Positions 46,653 through 57,799 of a stretch of DNA of 64,000 bases are shown here, in pieces. Made by a program: the position numbers and the translations under genes. The notes under the pieces are model-generated. The model saw only the letters and a program-made list of their open reading frames with translations, was not told where the DNA came from and did no database searches. Source of the DNA: Macrostomum hystrix (taxonomy: Eukaryota; Animalia; Platyhelminthes); contig CATNEN010000029.1 in NCBI GenBank assembly GCA_950097015.1, forward strand, positions 62,001 to 126,000. Reading direction: 5' to 3'. Position 1 is the stretch's first letter. Each line of letters opens with the position of its first letter.

Positions 46653-48704
46653 AGCGGCGGAGGTCGCTTCATCTGCAGCTGCCATCCCGGCTGGTCTGGC
46701 CGCGGCTGCGAGGTGAATCTAAACGACTGCCCAGAGGACTACTGTGACAATGGTGAGTCGGCTGGCAACAATCATATTCTTGCACGAATGAGCTTCACCT
46801 GCGAATGACCAGCTTCATCTGCAGATAGCCAAACTAACATAAAGCTGAACAAAAATTCACTGAAAAATGACCACAATCACGCACAGATGACCACAATCAC
46901 AAACAGATGACCACAATCACGCACAGATGACCACAATCACACACAGATGACCACAATCACGCACAGATGACTACAATCACACACAGATGACCACAATCAC
47001 ACACAGATGACCACAATCACGCACAGATGACCACAATCACACACAGATGACCACAATCACGCACAGATGACCACAATCACACACAGATGACCACAATCAC
47101 ACACAGATGAGAACAATCACACACAGATGAGAACAATCACACACACAAATGACCACAATCACACACACAGATGACCACAATCACACACACAGATGACCAC
47201 AATCACACACACAGATGACCACAATCACACACACAGATGACCACAATCACGCACAGATGACCACAATCACACACAGATGACCACAATCACACACAGATGA
47301 GAACAATCACACACAGATGAGAACAATCACACACACAAATGACCACAATCACACACACAGATGACCACAATCACACACACAGATGACCACAATCACACAC
47401 ACAGATGACCACAATCACACACACAGATGACCACAATCACACACAGATGACCACAATCACGCACAGATGAGAACAATCACACACAGATGACCACAATCAC
47501 ACACATATGACCAAAATCACACACAGATGACCACAATCACACACAGATGACCACAATCACGCACAGATGACCACAATCACACACAGATGAGAACACAGGC
47601 AGGTTGGCACAATAATCTGCAGATATAAACTCTCAATTGACACCTCACCGATCATCTAATGAGATTTCGACCAAAAAACTTTTTGAAATCCCTTGCCCGG
47701 GTCGATGTTGATTAGTTCTAGCAGCTGTTAATCACGTCTAAGAAACCTCGAAAAAATTGACACTCATCACTTTCGCAGCCGCCCATTACAACGCATTTCT
47801 CGCCCCTCTATTTTTCTTATCTACTGAGGTGTGCTCAAATTTCTTCTCGCCCCAGCTTCGTCCCTCATCAAGCAGCACGTGTTTATCTCACCCACCCAAA
47901 TTTTTCCTACTCGGTGAATATTCACACACCTTTCCCTGCTCTCTCATTTGCAAAATTTCATTTCACACCTACTCAAACCTAGCCTACTCAAATATCTTCC
48001 ACAGCCATACTGCGGAGTATGTATCTTCTATTGGCTGTTGGGAAAAACTGCCTATAGGCAATAAAGCCACATGGTTAGAGCTTTTGAGAGGCCTGAAGAA
48101 GCCACTCAGATACATTGCCCGAACTCAGCTAGGGGTGAGAGAGACAGAGACAGAGGGCGGGGGGGGTAAGCAGGGAGAAAGCGGACCAGCTCAAGGCGGA
48201 TAAGACAGGGCGGTCTCAAGCGCACTGAGCAACTCCGCCCCTGAACCCAATTGCTGTTGGTAGGTGTCAGTTTGTGAGGGCGTGAGTGAGGCGGGGCTTG
48301 TTGGAGGATTAAGGCAACGGCACGCCCTGTGAGGTCTTGTTAGTCGTCGCAGTTGCAAAGGCGGGCAAGGGATTGGGGAGGGTGCATTGTGTCGTTTGTA
48401 ATTTTTCAGGCCTCAAGTTTGGCCGGCTGACAACAGCCACGAGAAGAGAAAGTGAGAAGGGCTTCGCATTGAGGAAATGGAAGGCCAACAGAACTCCAGA
48501 GGGTGGGGGGAGTGTTTGCAGCTTTCAGTTGCATTTTCCGTTCCAAAATAGCATATTCTTCTTTAGACTGCCACTGCTTGCTGCAAATAATGCTTTTACT
48601 CAGCAAAGCATTTGCTACCTGTAGATATGGATTTTTGGCGGCTTTTCATTTGCTTTGCTAAAAGCATTCACTGGCTTTTGGCAAGTACCGGTTCAGTTGC
48701 TCTT

Positions 48705-48751
<47 letters not shown>

Positions 48752-51700
48752 AATGTGTGTGTGCAACTGCAAGCACTTGTTCAGCCACTTGTTTATTAGT
48801 AACAAAATTATTAACGAAATTAAGAGCAGCAACAATTATTTATTCTAATATGAAAACCAGACTCTCACTATCGGACCCAAACTCTCACACTCGGTCCCAG
48901 ACTCTCACACTCGCTCCCAGACTCTCACACTCGCTCCCAGACTCTCACACTCGCACCCAGACTCTCACACTCGCACCCAGACTCTCACACTCGCTCCCAG
49001 ACTCTAACACTCGCTCCCAGACTCTAACACTCGCTCCCAGACTCTCACACTCGCTCCCAGACTCTCACACTCGCTCCCAGACTCTCACACTCGCTCCCAG
49101 ACTCTCACACTCTCTCCCAGACTCTCACACTCGCACCCAGACTCTCACACTCGCTCCCAGACTCTCACACTCGCTCCCAGACTCTCACACTCGCTCCCAG
49201 ACTCTCACACTCGCTCCCAGACTCTCACACTCGCTCCAAGACTCTCACACTCGCTCCCAGACTCTCACACTCGCACCCAGACTCTAACACTCAACACTCG
49301 CTCCCAGACTCTCACACTCGCACCCAGACTCTAACACTCAACACTCGCTCCCAGACTCTCACACTCGCTCCCAGACTCTCACACTCGCACCCAGACTCTC
49401 ACAATCGCTCCCAGACTCTCACACTCGCTCCCAGACTCTAAAACTCGCTCCCAGACTCTCACACTCGCTCCAAGACTCTCAAACTCGCTCCTAGACTCTC
49501 AAACTCGCACCCAGACTCTCACACTCGCAAACAGACTCTCACACTCGCTCCCAGACTCTCACACTCGCTCCCAGACTCTAAAACTCGCTCCCAGACTCTA
49601 ACACTCGCTCCCAGACTCTCACACTCGCTCCCAGACTCTCACACTCGCTCCCAGACTCTCACACTCGCTCCCAGACTCTCACACTCTCTCCCAGACTCTC
49701 ACACTCGCACCCAGACTCTCACACTCGCTCCCAGACTCTCACACTCGCTCCCAGACTCTCACACTCGCTCCCAGACTCTCACACTCGCTCCCAGACTCTC
49801 ACACTCGCTCCAAGACTCTCACACTCGCTCCCAGACTCTCACACTCGCACCCAGACTCTAACACTCAACACTCGCTCCCAGACTCTCACACTCGCTCCCA
49901 GACTCTCACACTCGCTCCCAGACTCTCACACTCGCACCCAGACTCTCACAATCGCTCCCAGACTCTCACACTCGCTCCCAGACTCTAAAACTCGCTCCCA
50001 GACTCTCACACTCGCTCCAAGACTCTCAAACTCGCTCCTAGACTCTCAAACTCGCACCCAGACTCTCACACTCGCAAACAGACTCTCACACTCGCTCCCA
50101 GACTCTCACACTCGCTCCCAGACTCTAAAACTCGCTCCCAGACTCTCACACTCGCTCCAAGACTCTCAAACTCGCTCCTAGACTCTCAAACTCGCACCCA
50201 GACTCTCACACTCGCTCCCAGACTCTCACACTCGCTCCCAGACTCTAAAACTCGCTCCCAGACTCTCACACTCGCTCCCAGACTCTCACACTCGCACCCA
50301 GACTCTCACACTCGCTCCCAGACTCTCACACTCGCTCCCAGACTAAAAAACTCGCTCCCAGACTCTCACACTCGCTCCCAGACTCTCACACTCGCTCCCA
50401 GACTCTCACACTCGCTCCCAGACTCTCACACTTGTATCTAGTCTCTCAAACTCGCATCTAGTCTCTCAAAGTCGCATCTAGTCTCTCAAACACGCATCTA
50501 GTCTAGTCTCTCAAACTCGCATCTAGTCTAGTCTCTCAAACTCGCATCTAGTCTCTCAAAGTCGCATCTAGTCTCTCAAAGTCGCATCTAGTCTCTCAAA
50601 GTCGCATCTAGTCTCTCAAACTCGCATGTAGTCTCTCAAACTCGCATCTAGTCTCTCAAACTCGCATCTAGTCTTTCAAACTCGCATCTAGTCTCTCAAA
50701 CTCGCATCTAGTCTCTCAAACTCGCCTCTAGTCTCTCAAACTCGCATCTAGTCTCTCAAACTCGCATCTAGTCTCTCACACTGTGGTAGAAATTCGGGTG
50801 GCTGTACGCGGCTGTAAGCTCTGGTCCAACAGGGCCAGGCTAAATGCCTATGTCTAACTAGGTGTTAAACAAATGAAATATTGCAGGCGGCCAATGTGTC
50901 GATCTGGTGAACAGATTCCAGTGCATCTGCCGGCTGAATTACCGCGGCCCCAGGTGCTCGGTAAATCTTCGCGACTGTCGCAATCTTACCTGCCTCAACG
51001 GTGGAGTCTGTCGCGACCTGGCCGACGGCCTCGGCTGCGACTGTCCGGCCGGACTCAGTGGCAAATTCTGCGAACTCGGCCTGCCTCCGGCCGACGTGTC
51101 CACGATAGAACGGCCGATGCAGAGCGAGCAGGGTCAGCAGCCAGCCATGGCCTTGCTGCTCCTGGCGGCCGCAGTTCTGCTCCTCCTCCTGCTGCTCCTG
51201 GCGTCGGTCGGCTTCGCCTTCGCCTGGCGGCGCAGGAAGCGCAGAAGCGCTCAGCAGCAGCCGGGGCTCTCCGCTGCGGTTGCTATGGGAACCGCCGAAC
51301 CAGTTTATGACGACAATGACGACTTGGCAGACGAAGACAACAGCGCCAGGCACCGACAGAAGCTTGGCAGCTTCGGTGAGACAACCAAACTGCGCAGCTT
51401 CGAAGACTTTTACCTCGTTAGTGGCGGAGGCGGCGGCGGCGGCGGTCGAGACGCCCCAATGAACAACAGCCGACGAAACCTGCTACATCGGTCTGGCCCA
51501 GCCGACAGCAAGATGGACTACTTTGCGCACAAACAGATTAACAACCTGCTCAGCGCTAGCCAAGGCTGCCTGAGTCCAAGGGACCGGCGACTCACAATGG
51601 CCTACTCGCATGGGTAAGATTCCAACTTTCCTATTTAGTTCTGGGTGGTAGGATAAATTCAAATTATTGAGCAAGATCCCATGATAATCTTGGATTGAAC

Positions 51701-52439
51701 AAAATCCTTCTTTTCTGCAGCAAAATTTTCCAAATTCTCACTGTCAATCATTTTAAATATGTAAATTAGCTTCTCAGTGCGCAATCGTTGCCATGGTGAC
51801 CACCCTGTGGAGTCAATTGGGACTCAGCCTGAACGGAAATTAGCTTTTTGTTTCCAGTTCCGTTGATATTACACTTTCGATCGAAGGACTTACTGAAGTA
51901 AATGGATTCAATACACTTGATTTGTGGAACATTGCTGAAGACAGATTTTAAGTGAAAAATGCATTAAGGAGATGATAAGGTGAAAAATTAAACATTCAAT
52001 ATAGCCATTTACTCGTTCTTTCGTTTAATATTGGTCCTCAACAATGCTCTCAACCGTGTTTCTTAAATTTTCCCATTTCAATCGAGCGGAAATAGTCCTT
52101 TTTCAAGTACATTCAACACCAAAAGCTAAGTTTTGAAGCCCGTGTCTGCCATTGAAATGTTCTCAGAAAATTCCATTTTGTCTACTCCCAATTAACAACT
52201 CAGTAGTATCTATCGCACTTTTATCAAAATCCTCATCATAATGAAAAAATACATGCAATTCCTCCAGAATGCAGCCGGGACAGTCGAGGCCGCTACAGTC
52301 ATCGGCGTCCATGCAGTTCCACCAGGGCCGCGTGGCAACCGTCAGCCGGGCTGGCCTCGGCTCCGCCTCCGTGCACAGCGCCATGCGGCACACGAGAATT
52401 CCCAGTTGCGAGTTCGGCTGCGGCCCGGACTGGGCCTGA
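31826..52439 (+). CDS. Delta: Delta-type Notch ligand (signal peptide, MNNL/C2, DSL, 7 EGF, TM, ICD): join(31826..31912,35003..35317,35874..35949,39136..39387,39729..39783,40211..40344,40866..41053,46464..46752,50887..51613,52268..52439), 764 aa
   Basis: Ten exons with GT-AG introns and matching phases total 2295 nt. MNNL LEFQLSLRGFSNPAG..GRCC...CRTFVRVC. DSL YRFRC..GFYGHSCQKQCMPRDDLLGHYSC..GEMRCLPGYSGDRC. Seven EGF repeats, TM LLLLAAAVLLLLLLLLASVGFAFAW followed by RRRKRR. No Serrate/Jagged Cys-rich domain. First and last exons are less certain than the core. Confidence 0.88.
31926..33490. repeat. Minisatellite, 45-bp unit (ACAGACACTGTAGGCAGACAGAAACACAGAACATGAGAAGCATGT), Delta intron 1
   Basis: 15-aa periodic translation; direct periodicity. 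Confidence 0.95.
34336..34995. repeat. Minisatellite, 17-bp unit ACACCTGA(C/A)ACCCGAA(C/G), ending 7 nt before the Delta exon 2 acceptor
   Basis: Direct periodicity. Confidence 0.95.
36105..36775. repeat. Purine-rich minisatellite, 21-bp unit GAGAATAGAGAATAGATAAGA, Delta intron 3
   Basis: Direct periodicity. Confidence 0.93.
37145..38452. repeat. Minisatellite, 25-bp unit ATAGATGGATAGAGAATTGATAGAA, Delta intron 3
   Basis: Direct periodicity. Confidence 0.95.
38818..39060. repeat. Minisatellite, 18-bp unit CACAATGATCCCTAATCT, Delta intron 3
   Basis: Direct periodicity. Confidence 0.92.
39391..39590. repeat. Minisatellite, 21-bp unit AGGGAAGAGAG(C/A)TCTAG(A/T)GAT, starting inside the Delta intron 4 donor
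   Basis: Direct periodicity. Confidence 0.88.
41085..41607. repeat. Minisatellite, 42-bp unit GGGAATGCGGAGGTGTGAAGTTTGGTAGGTGCGAGTGAAAGG, Delta intron 7
   Basis: Direct periodicity. Confidence 0.92.
42208..45620. repeat. Large minisatellite, about 22-24-bp unit CTGTCTGTAAATCTCATTTGC(T/C)CC, with an 878-bp higher-order repeat, Delta intron 7
   Basis: A rare variant block GTGCCCCCCGTCTGTAAAATTTC recurs at 43261, 44139 and 45017. The same 76-aa ORF appears at 43190, 44068 and 44946. Confidence 0.96.
46315..46417. repeat. Short minisatellite, 22-bp unit GAGAGTGGGACAGACAGGTAGG
   Basis: About 4.5 copies just before the Delta exon 8 acceptor. Confidence 0.9.
46868..47595. repeat. Minisatellite, 20-24-bp unit ACAGATGACCACAATCAC(AC)n, Delta intron 8
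   Basis: Direct periodicity with a variable CA tail. Confidence 0.93.
48707..48749. repeat. (TG)n microsatellite
   Basis: About 21 perfect units. Confidence 0.95.
48858..50780. repeat. Minisatellite, 20-bp unit ACTCTCACACTCGCTCCCAG, switching near 50430 to TCTCTCAAACTCGCATCTAG, Delta intron 8
   Basis: Direct periodicity; two related unit types. Confidence 0.95.
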
Positions 52440-52524
52440 CAACCTGGGCGAATGCCATCAATCACTTCCCGGCTTCTATCGCCAGCAATGCTCTGACTAC
52501 CATCACCTGGCTCCTTTGAGCCAA

Positions 52525-53528
52525 CCCATCCAAGTCTACCCCTCCTCCGAGACAACCCCTCCTCCGAGACAACCCCTCCTCCGAGACAACCCCTCCTCCG
52601 AGACAACCCCTCCTCCGAGACAACCCCTCCTCCGAGACAACCCCTCCTCCGAGACAACCCCTCCTCCGAGACAACCCCTCCTCCGAGACAACCCCTCCTC
52701 CGAGACAACCCCTCCTCCGAGACAACCCCTCCTCCGAGACAACCCCTCCTCTGCACTCAACCCCTACTCCGCGCCCAACCACCCCTCCTCCACACCCAAC
52801 CCCTCCTCAGAGACAACCCTCCTCCAAGTCAACCCTCCTACAAGCCAACCCCTCCTCCAAGCCAACCCTCCTCCGCACCCAACCCCTTCTCCGCACCCAA
52901 CCACTACTCCGCACCCAACCCCGCATCCGCACCCAACCACTCCTCCGCACTCAACCCCACCTCCGCACCCAACACCACCTCCGCACCCAAACCCTCCTCC
53001 GCACCCAACCCCTTCTCCGCACCCAACCCCTTCTCCGCACCCAACCCCTTCTCCGCACCCAACCCCTTCTCCGCACCCAACCCCTTCTCCGCACCCAACC
53101 CCTTCTCCGCACCCAACCCCTTCTCCGCACCCAACCCCTTCTCCGCACCCAACCCCTTCTCCGCACCCAACCCCGCATCCGCACCCAACCCCTTCTCCGC
53201 ACCCAACCCCGCATCCGCACCCAACCACTCCTCCGCACTCAACCCCACCTCCGCACCCAACACCACCTCCGCACCCAACCCCTTCTCCGCACCCAACCCC
53301 TTCTCCGCACCCAACCACTTCTCCGCACCCAACCACTCCTCCGCACTCAACCCCACCTCCGCACCCAAACCCTCCTCCGCACCCAACCCCTTCTCCGCAC
53401 CCAACCCCTTCTCCGCACCCAAACCCTCCTCCGCACCCAACCACTTCTCCGCACCCAACCACTTCTCCGCACCCAACCACTCCTCCGCACTCAACCCCAC
53501 CTCCGCACCCAAACCCTCCTCCGCACCC
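52525..53528. repeat. C-rich compound minisatellite: 17-bp CCCCTCCTCCGAGACAA (to about 52745), then 18-bp CCCCTTCTCCGCACCCAA
   Basis: Direct periodicity; explains the Pro-rich and Gly-rich ORFs. Confidence 0.94.
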
Positions 53529-54214
53529 ACAACGCCTCCGCCCAGTTCTACCTACTCGAAAGGCATCGCTGCAGACGCTGACAAGCAGACGCTGGTCGTT
53601 ATAGCCGGCTTCTGATCTAAAACCAAGCCAGACACATCGAAACCTTTAGAAAAACTAGTCGCGAGCAGCTCCTCACTCTCTATTTTTCTTCGACTTTGGC
53701 TTAGCCATAAAAAATTGGAACACGCGCGCACACGCAGAACAATCAATATGCAATGTCGCACTTCGCACTCCCCCATATTATGAGTATAGAGCATAAAATG
53801 CTAATAGAAATGTTTTATTAAAGAACTGGCTTACGGCTTTCTTGTCCTCAACTACCTCCAGTGAGTTCTCTGACTGGCCCAGCTTCAGATTCACAAAATT
53901 TATTTATATTTTCTATATTTTAACAATAGACTTTTAAAGTCTAATTAGAAAACTGATCATTTTATACCAATGTGAGTGTTTACAATACTGATCAATGTTT
54001 AATCTCCCCATTTACCAACCAGTTACATTGCTCCGCATAGATACATGCTTTATATAGATAAATATGCGGGGAAAAATATCGAATGTCAGCTTTTTCATGT
54101 ACTGCAATGCTTATCCAGGTGTGTTTAAGTATTTTATGTCGAAATTGTAAGATCCGGTTATATATGAAATAATTGTAAGCCTTGGCACATGACCCTTGAA
54201 CGCCCTAACAGTAC

Positions 54215-54562
54215 ACTGTCATAATAATCATAATAAATAATTAATCAAGTGACACTTCGTTTTAGTGGCAGTCGACCCACAACCAGTCTGAGTTACACAG
54301 AAACACACTCAGGCAGGGTGTGTACATACTCGTATGCCGTGACTTTCTCATTGTCAGTTGTTGAATTTATTAAAAACTGATTGATCAGTCCGTGGACTGG
54401 GGGGGGGGACGCCACACCCACCCTCAATTACCCCAGCGAATGCTGGTACCCATTTAACAGCTGGGTGATCTGAAGCAATGCTTCAATGATTCGAATTTAT
54501 CCATGGGATATGGGAATCGAACCATTGACCTTCAAGTCGTCTATCAACTAGGCTACAGGCCC
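54215..54562 (-). mobile_element. Putative tRNA-derived SINE
   Basis: Minus strand has an A-box-like TAGCCTAGTTG (54555-54545), a B-box GGTTCGATTCC (54523-54513), a central block (plus strand GGTACCCATTTAACAGCTGGGTG) and an ATT-rich tail near 54218-54247. A-B spacing is shorter than in tRNA. Related fragments lie at about 2250-2305 and 16700-16835. Confidence 0.45.
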
Positions 54563-55310
54563 TAGCACTGCATAAAATGACACAGCAGAAATGTTAGCAG
54601 AAGTTTGTTTGTTTCGAAATTTCTCACTTGTCACCTCGTCACAGATCCAGTCAAACTGGAATATTCCCACCAGAAATAGCTAGAGAACATAAACTCACAC
54701 GCAATCACTGCTACCCAAAGTCTACTAGCGTTGATAAAGTCATTTTGTTTATGAATTCTCTCGTCTTAATTGTTGCTTCTTCTCCAATAAAGAAAAAGTA
54801 CTATTATATTATATATCTCATAAAGTGTTAGTTGATAAAAATATTAATATGGATTGTCTTAAACTTTAACGGCGCTTAAAGTACATAAAAAAGGCTGAAA
54901 GCCGCCAGTGAGAGAGTTCACTTCAGGACAGACAAACAATCAGATAAGGCCTGTTTTAGCGTCACTTGTGCGCCCATTGATAAACACTTTAAACAGAAAC
55001 TGTTCTGCCAAAAGGACATAAAAACTGTTTATCTAAAAGAAAAATATTCTAAAAGGCCTAGAACTAGAAGTTTCCTGATTAAGCCACTATTCAGGTTGAA
55101 GCACTAATTAGCTGAGTTAGCAAATTGGCAATAGAGCTAGCTCTACTGAATAAATTATAGAACACTCTATTTTTTTACAAAATAACGCTTCACAGTGCCT
55201 TAAGTACTGATGCATCATCTTAGCGAGAGAAGCTAGCCTACACACGGAAACTTGTACATTAGTTTAGACTTTCATCATTTTTTGCCGGGAGGCAGTGTAC
55301 AGTCTTGAAG

Positions 55311-55416
55311 CTATTTATAGAAGCTAGGAATCGCTTTCTATTTTTAGCTCTAGCCAACTTCAGCACAGAGCCGAATGCCTGGCGGGGTCAGGTCGAGAGC
55401 CTGAGAGATGACGCAT
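55311..55416. promoter_or_regulatory. Module with a TATA/MEF2 motif (CTATTTATAG), a MEF2 motif inside a 24-mer shared with the peptide promoter, and TGACGCAT
   Basis: 55327-55350 matches 63193-63216 at 23/24 nt. TGACGCAT at 55409 and 63285 has a similar offset from the MEF2 site. Confidence 0.5.
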
Positions 55417-55864
55417 CTTGTTGAAAATGCAGAATGCTGAAATTACAAAACACGGTTCTATACTACGAGCGTAGATTGTCTAAAGTGGATTGGAATGCAA
55501 GCAAACACTTTTTTGTTCTGCATTGAACAATAGAATATTCTGGAATGCGAACTGCTTCCACGTTAAAACAAATATTTTTTTCTCCATCTTCGTTTGTTTA
55601 TAAATGAAAATTGCATTTATTAGCGCAAGGCAACACCAATGTCCAGCAATTGTGTTTTTGTCTGCTAGTAGAAAGTAGCCATAGCTAATATAGTAAATGC
55701 ATAAAGCTAAAGCAATTATCAAACAAAGACTAGAAATGTGTTATTAAATACTAGTGATTATTAAACGGAGCTCGTAATTAATAGTCAAACAGAAGTTGTT
55801 AGTCAACTTCTTTAGAAATTTCTGTCATTGCTTGTAATTTTCAGTAAAAGCCAGTAAATGCCAT

Positions 55865-57530
55865 TGAAACGTAATAATAGCCAGAAAAAGCTAGTAATTG
55901 CTAGTGAAACCTAGTAATCGCCAGTAAAAGCTAGTAATTGCCAGTGAAAGCTAGTAATCGCCAGTAAAAGCTAGTAATTGCCAGTGAAAGCTAGTAATCG
56001 CCAGTAAAAGCTAGTAATCGCCAGTAAAAGCTAGTAATTGCCAGTGAAAGCTAGTAATCGCCAGTAAAAGCTAGTAATTGCCAGTAAAAGCTAGTAATCG
56101 CCAGTAAAAGCTAGTAATCGCCAGTAAAAGCTAGTAATTGCCAGTAAAGCTAGTAATCGCCAGTAAAAGCTAGTAATTGCCAGTAAAAGCTAGTAATTGC
56201 CAGTAAAAGCTAGTAATTGCCAGTAAAAGCTAGTAATTGCCAGTAAAAGCTAGTAATTGCTAGTGAAACCTAGTAATCGCCAGTAAAAGCTAGTAATTGC
56301 CAGTAAAAGCTAGTAATCGCCAGTAAAAGCTAGTAATTGCCAGTAAAAGCTAGTAATTGCCAGTAAAAGCTAGTAATCGCCAGTAAAAGCTAGTAATTGC
56401 CAGTAAAAGCTAGTAATCGCCAGTAAAATATAGTAATTGCCAGTAAAAGCTAGTAATTGCTAGTGAAACCTAGTAATCGCCAGTAAAATATAGTAATTGC
56501 CAGTAAAAGCTAGTAATTGCCAGTAAAAGCTAGTAATTGCCAGTAAAAGCTAGTAATTGCCAGTAAAAGCTAGTAATTGCCAGTAAAAGCTAGTAATCGC
56601 CAGTAAAAGCTAGTAATTGCCAGTAAAAGCTAGTAATCGCCAGTAAAATATAGTAATTGCCAGTAAAAGCTAGTAATTGCCAGTAAAAGCTAGTAATCGC
56701 CAGTAAAATATAGTAATTGCCAGTAAAAGCTAGTAATTGCCAGTAAAAGCTAGTAATTGCTAGTGAAACCTAGTAATCGCCAGTAAAATATAGTAATTGC
56801 CAGTAAAAGCTAGTAATTGCTAGTGAAACCTAGTAATCGCCAGTAAAAGCTAGTAATTGCTAGTGAAACCTAGTAATCGCCAGTAAAAGCTAGTAATTGC
56901 CAGTGAAAGCTAGTAATTGCCAGTGAAAGCTAGTAATCGCCAGTAAAAGCTAGTAATTGCCAGTAAAAGCTAGTAATCGCCAGTAAAAGCTAGTAATTGC
57001 CAGTAAAAGCTAGTAATTGCCAGTAAAAGCTAGTAATTGCCAGTAAAAGCTAGTAATCGCCAGTAAAAGCTAGTAATTGCCAGTAAAAGCTAGTAATCGC
57101 CAGTAAAATATAGTAATTGCCAGTAAAAGCTAGTAATTGCTAGTGAAACCTAGTAATCGCCAGTAAAAGCTAGTAATCGCCAGTAAAAGCTAGTAATTGC
57201 CAGTAAAAGCTAGTAATTGCTAGTGAAACCTAGTAATCGCCAGTAAAATATAGTAATTGCCAGTAAAAGCTAGTAATTGCTAGTGAAACCTAGTAATTGC
57301 CAGTAAAAGCTAGTAATTGCTAGTGAAACCTAGTAATCGCCAGTAAAATATAGTAATTGCCAGTAAAAGCTAGTAATTGCCAGTAAAATATAGTAATTGC
57401 CAGTAAAAGCTAGTAATTGCTAGTGAAACCTAGTAATCGCCAGTAAAAGCTAGTAATTGCTAGTGAAACCTAGTAATCGCCAGTAAAAGCTAGTAATTGC
57501 CAGTAAAAGCTAGTAATTGCCAGTAAAAGC
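55865..57530. repeat. Minisatellite, 20-bp unit CAGTAAAAGCTAGTAAT(T/C)GC, about 80 copies
   Basis: Exact 20-bp periodicity. Confidence 0.96.
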
Positions 57531-57799
57531 AAGTGAAAATTGAAATCCATGGTCTTAATGTTGATGTCCTTCTTCCAAGCCAACCCTTTGACTTGCGTGG
57601 GTGTCTGTAACACGTGGTGTCAGGTTTAGTCTAAGTTCAAATTTGCCTCGCATTACAACATACCCAGTCAAGAATAAATTTGAATTCGTTAAAGAACTAC
57701 GAGTACTTCCAGATCTATTTCCTTTTATTTTCCTGAAAAAAAACTGGTCATCAGTACCGAAATTTCTAGCTCCAAAGTCCTTTTTTAAGTCCGAAAGTT

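Noticed and set aside
52241-52519. 92-aa ORF as the Delta terminal exon frame
   Set aside because: The phase-2 donor at 51613 selects a different frame (ending PDWA at 52439); this ORF is off-frame.
52516-53604. 362-aa extensin-like (PHPTPS)n ORF and its Gly-rich antisense ORFs
   Set aside because: Entirely explained by 17- and 18-bp C-rich arrays; no signal peptide; open in many frames.
55100-55300. Second peptide gene downstream of the duplicated promoter module
   Set aside because: Only very short ORFs (4-33 codons) with no signal peptide or similarity to the 62738-63040 precursor.
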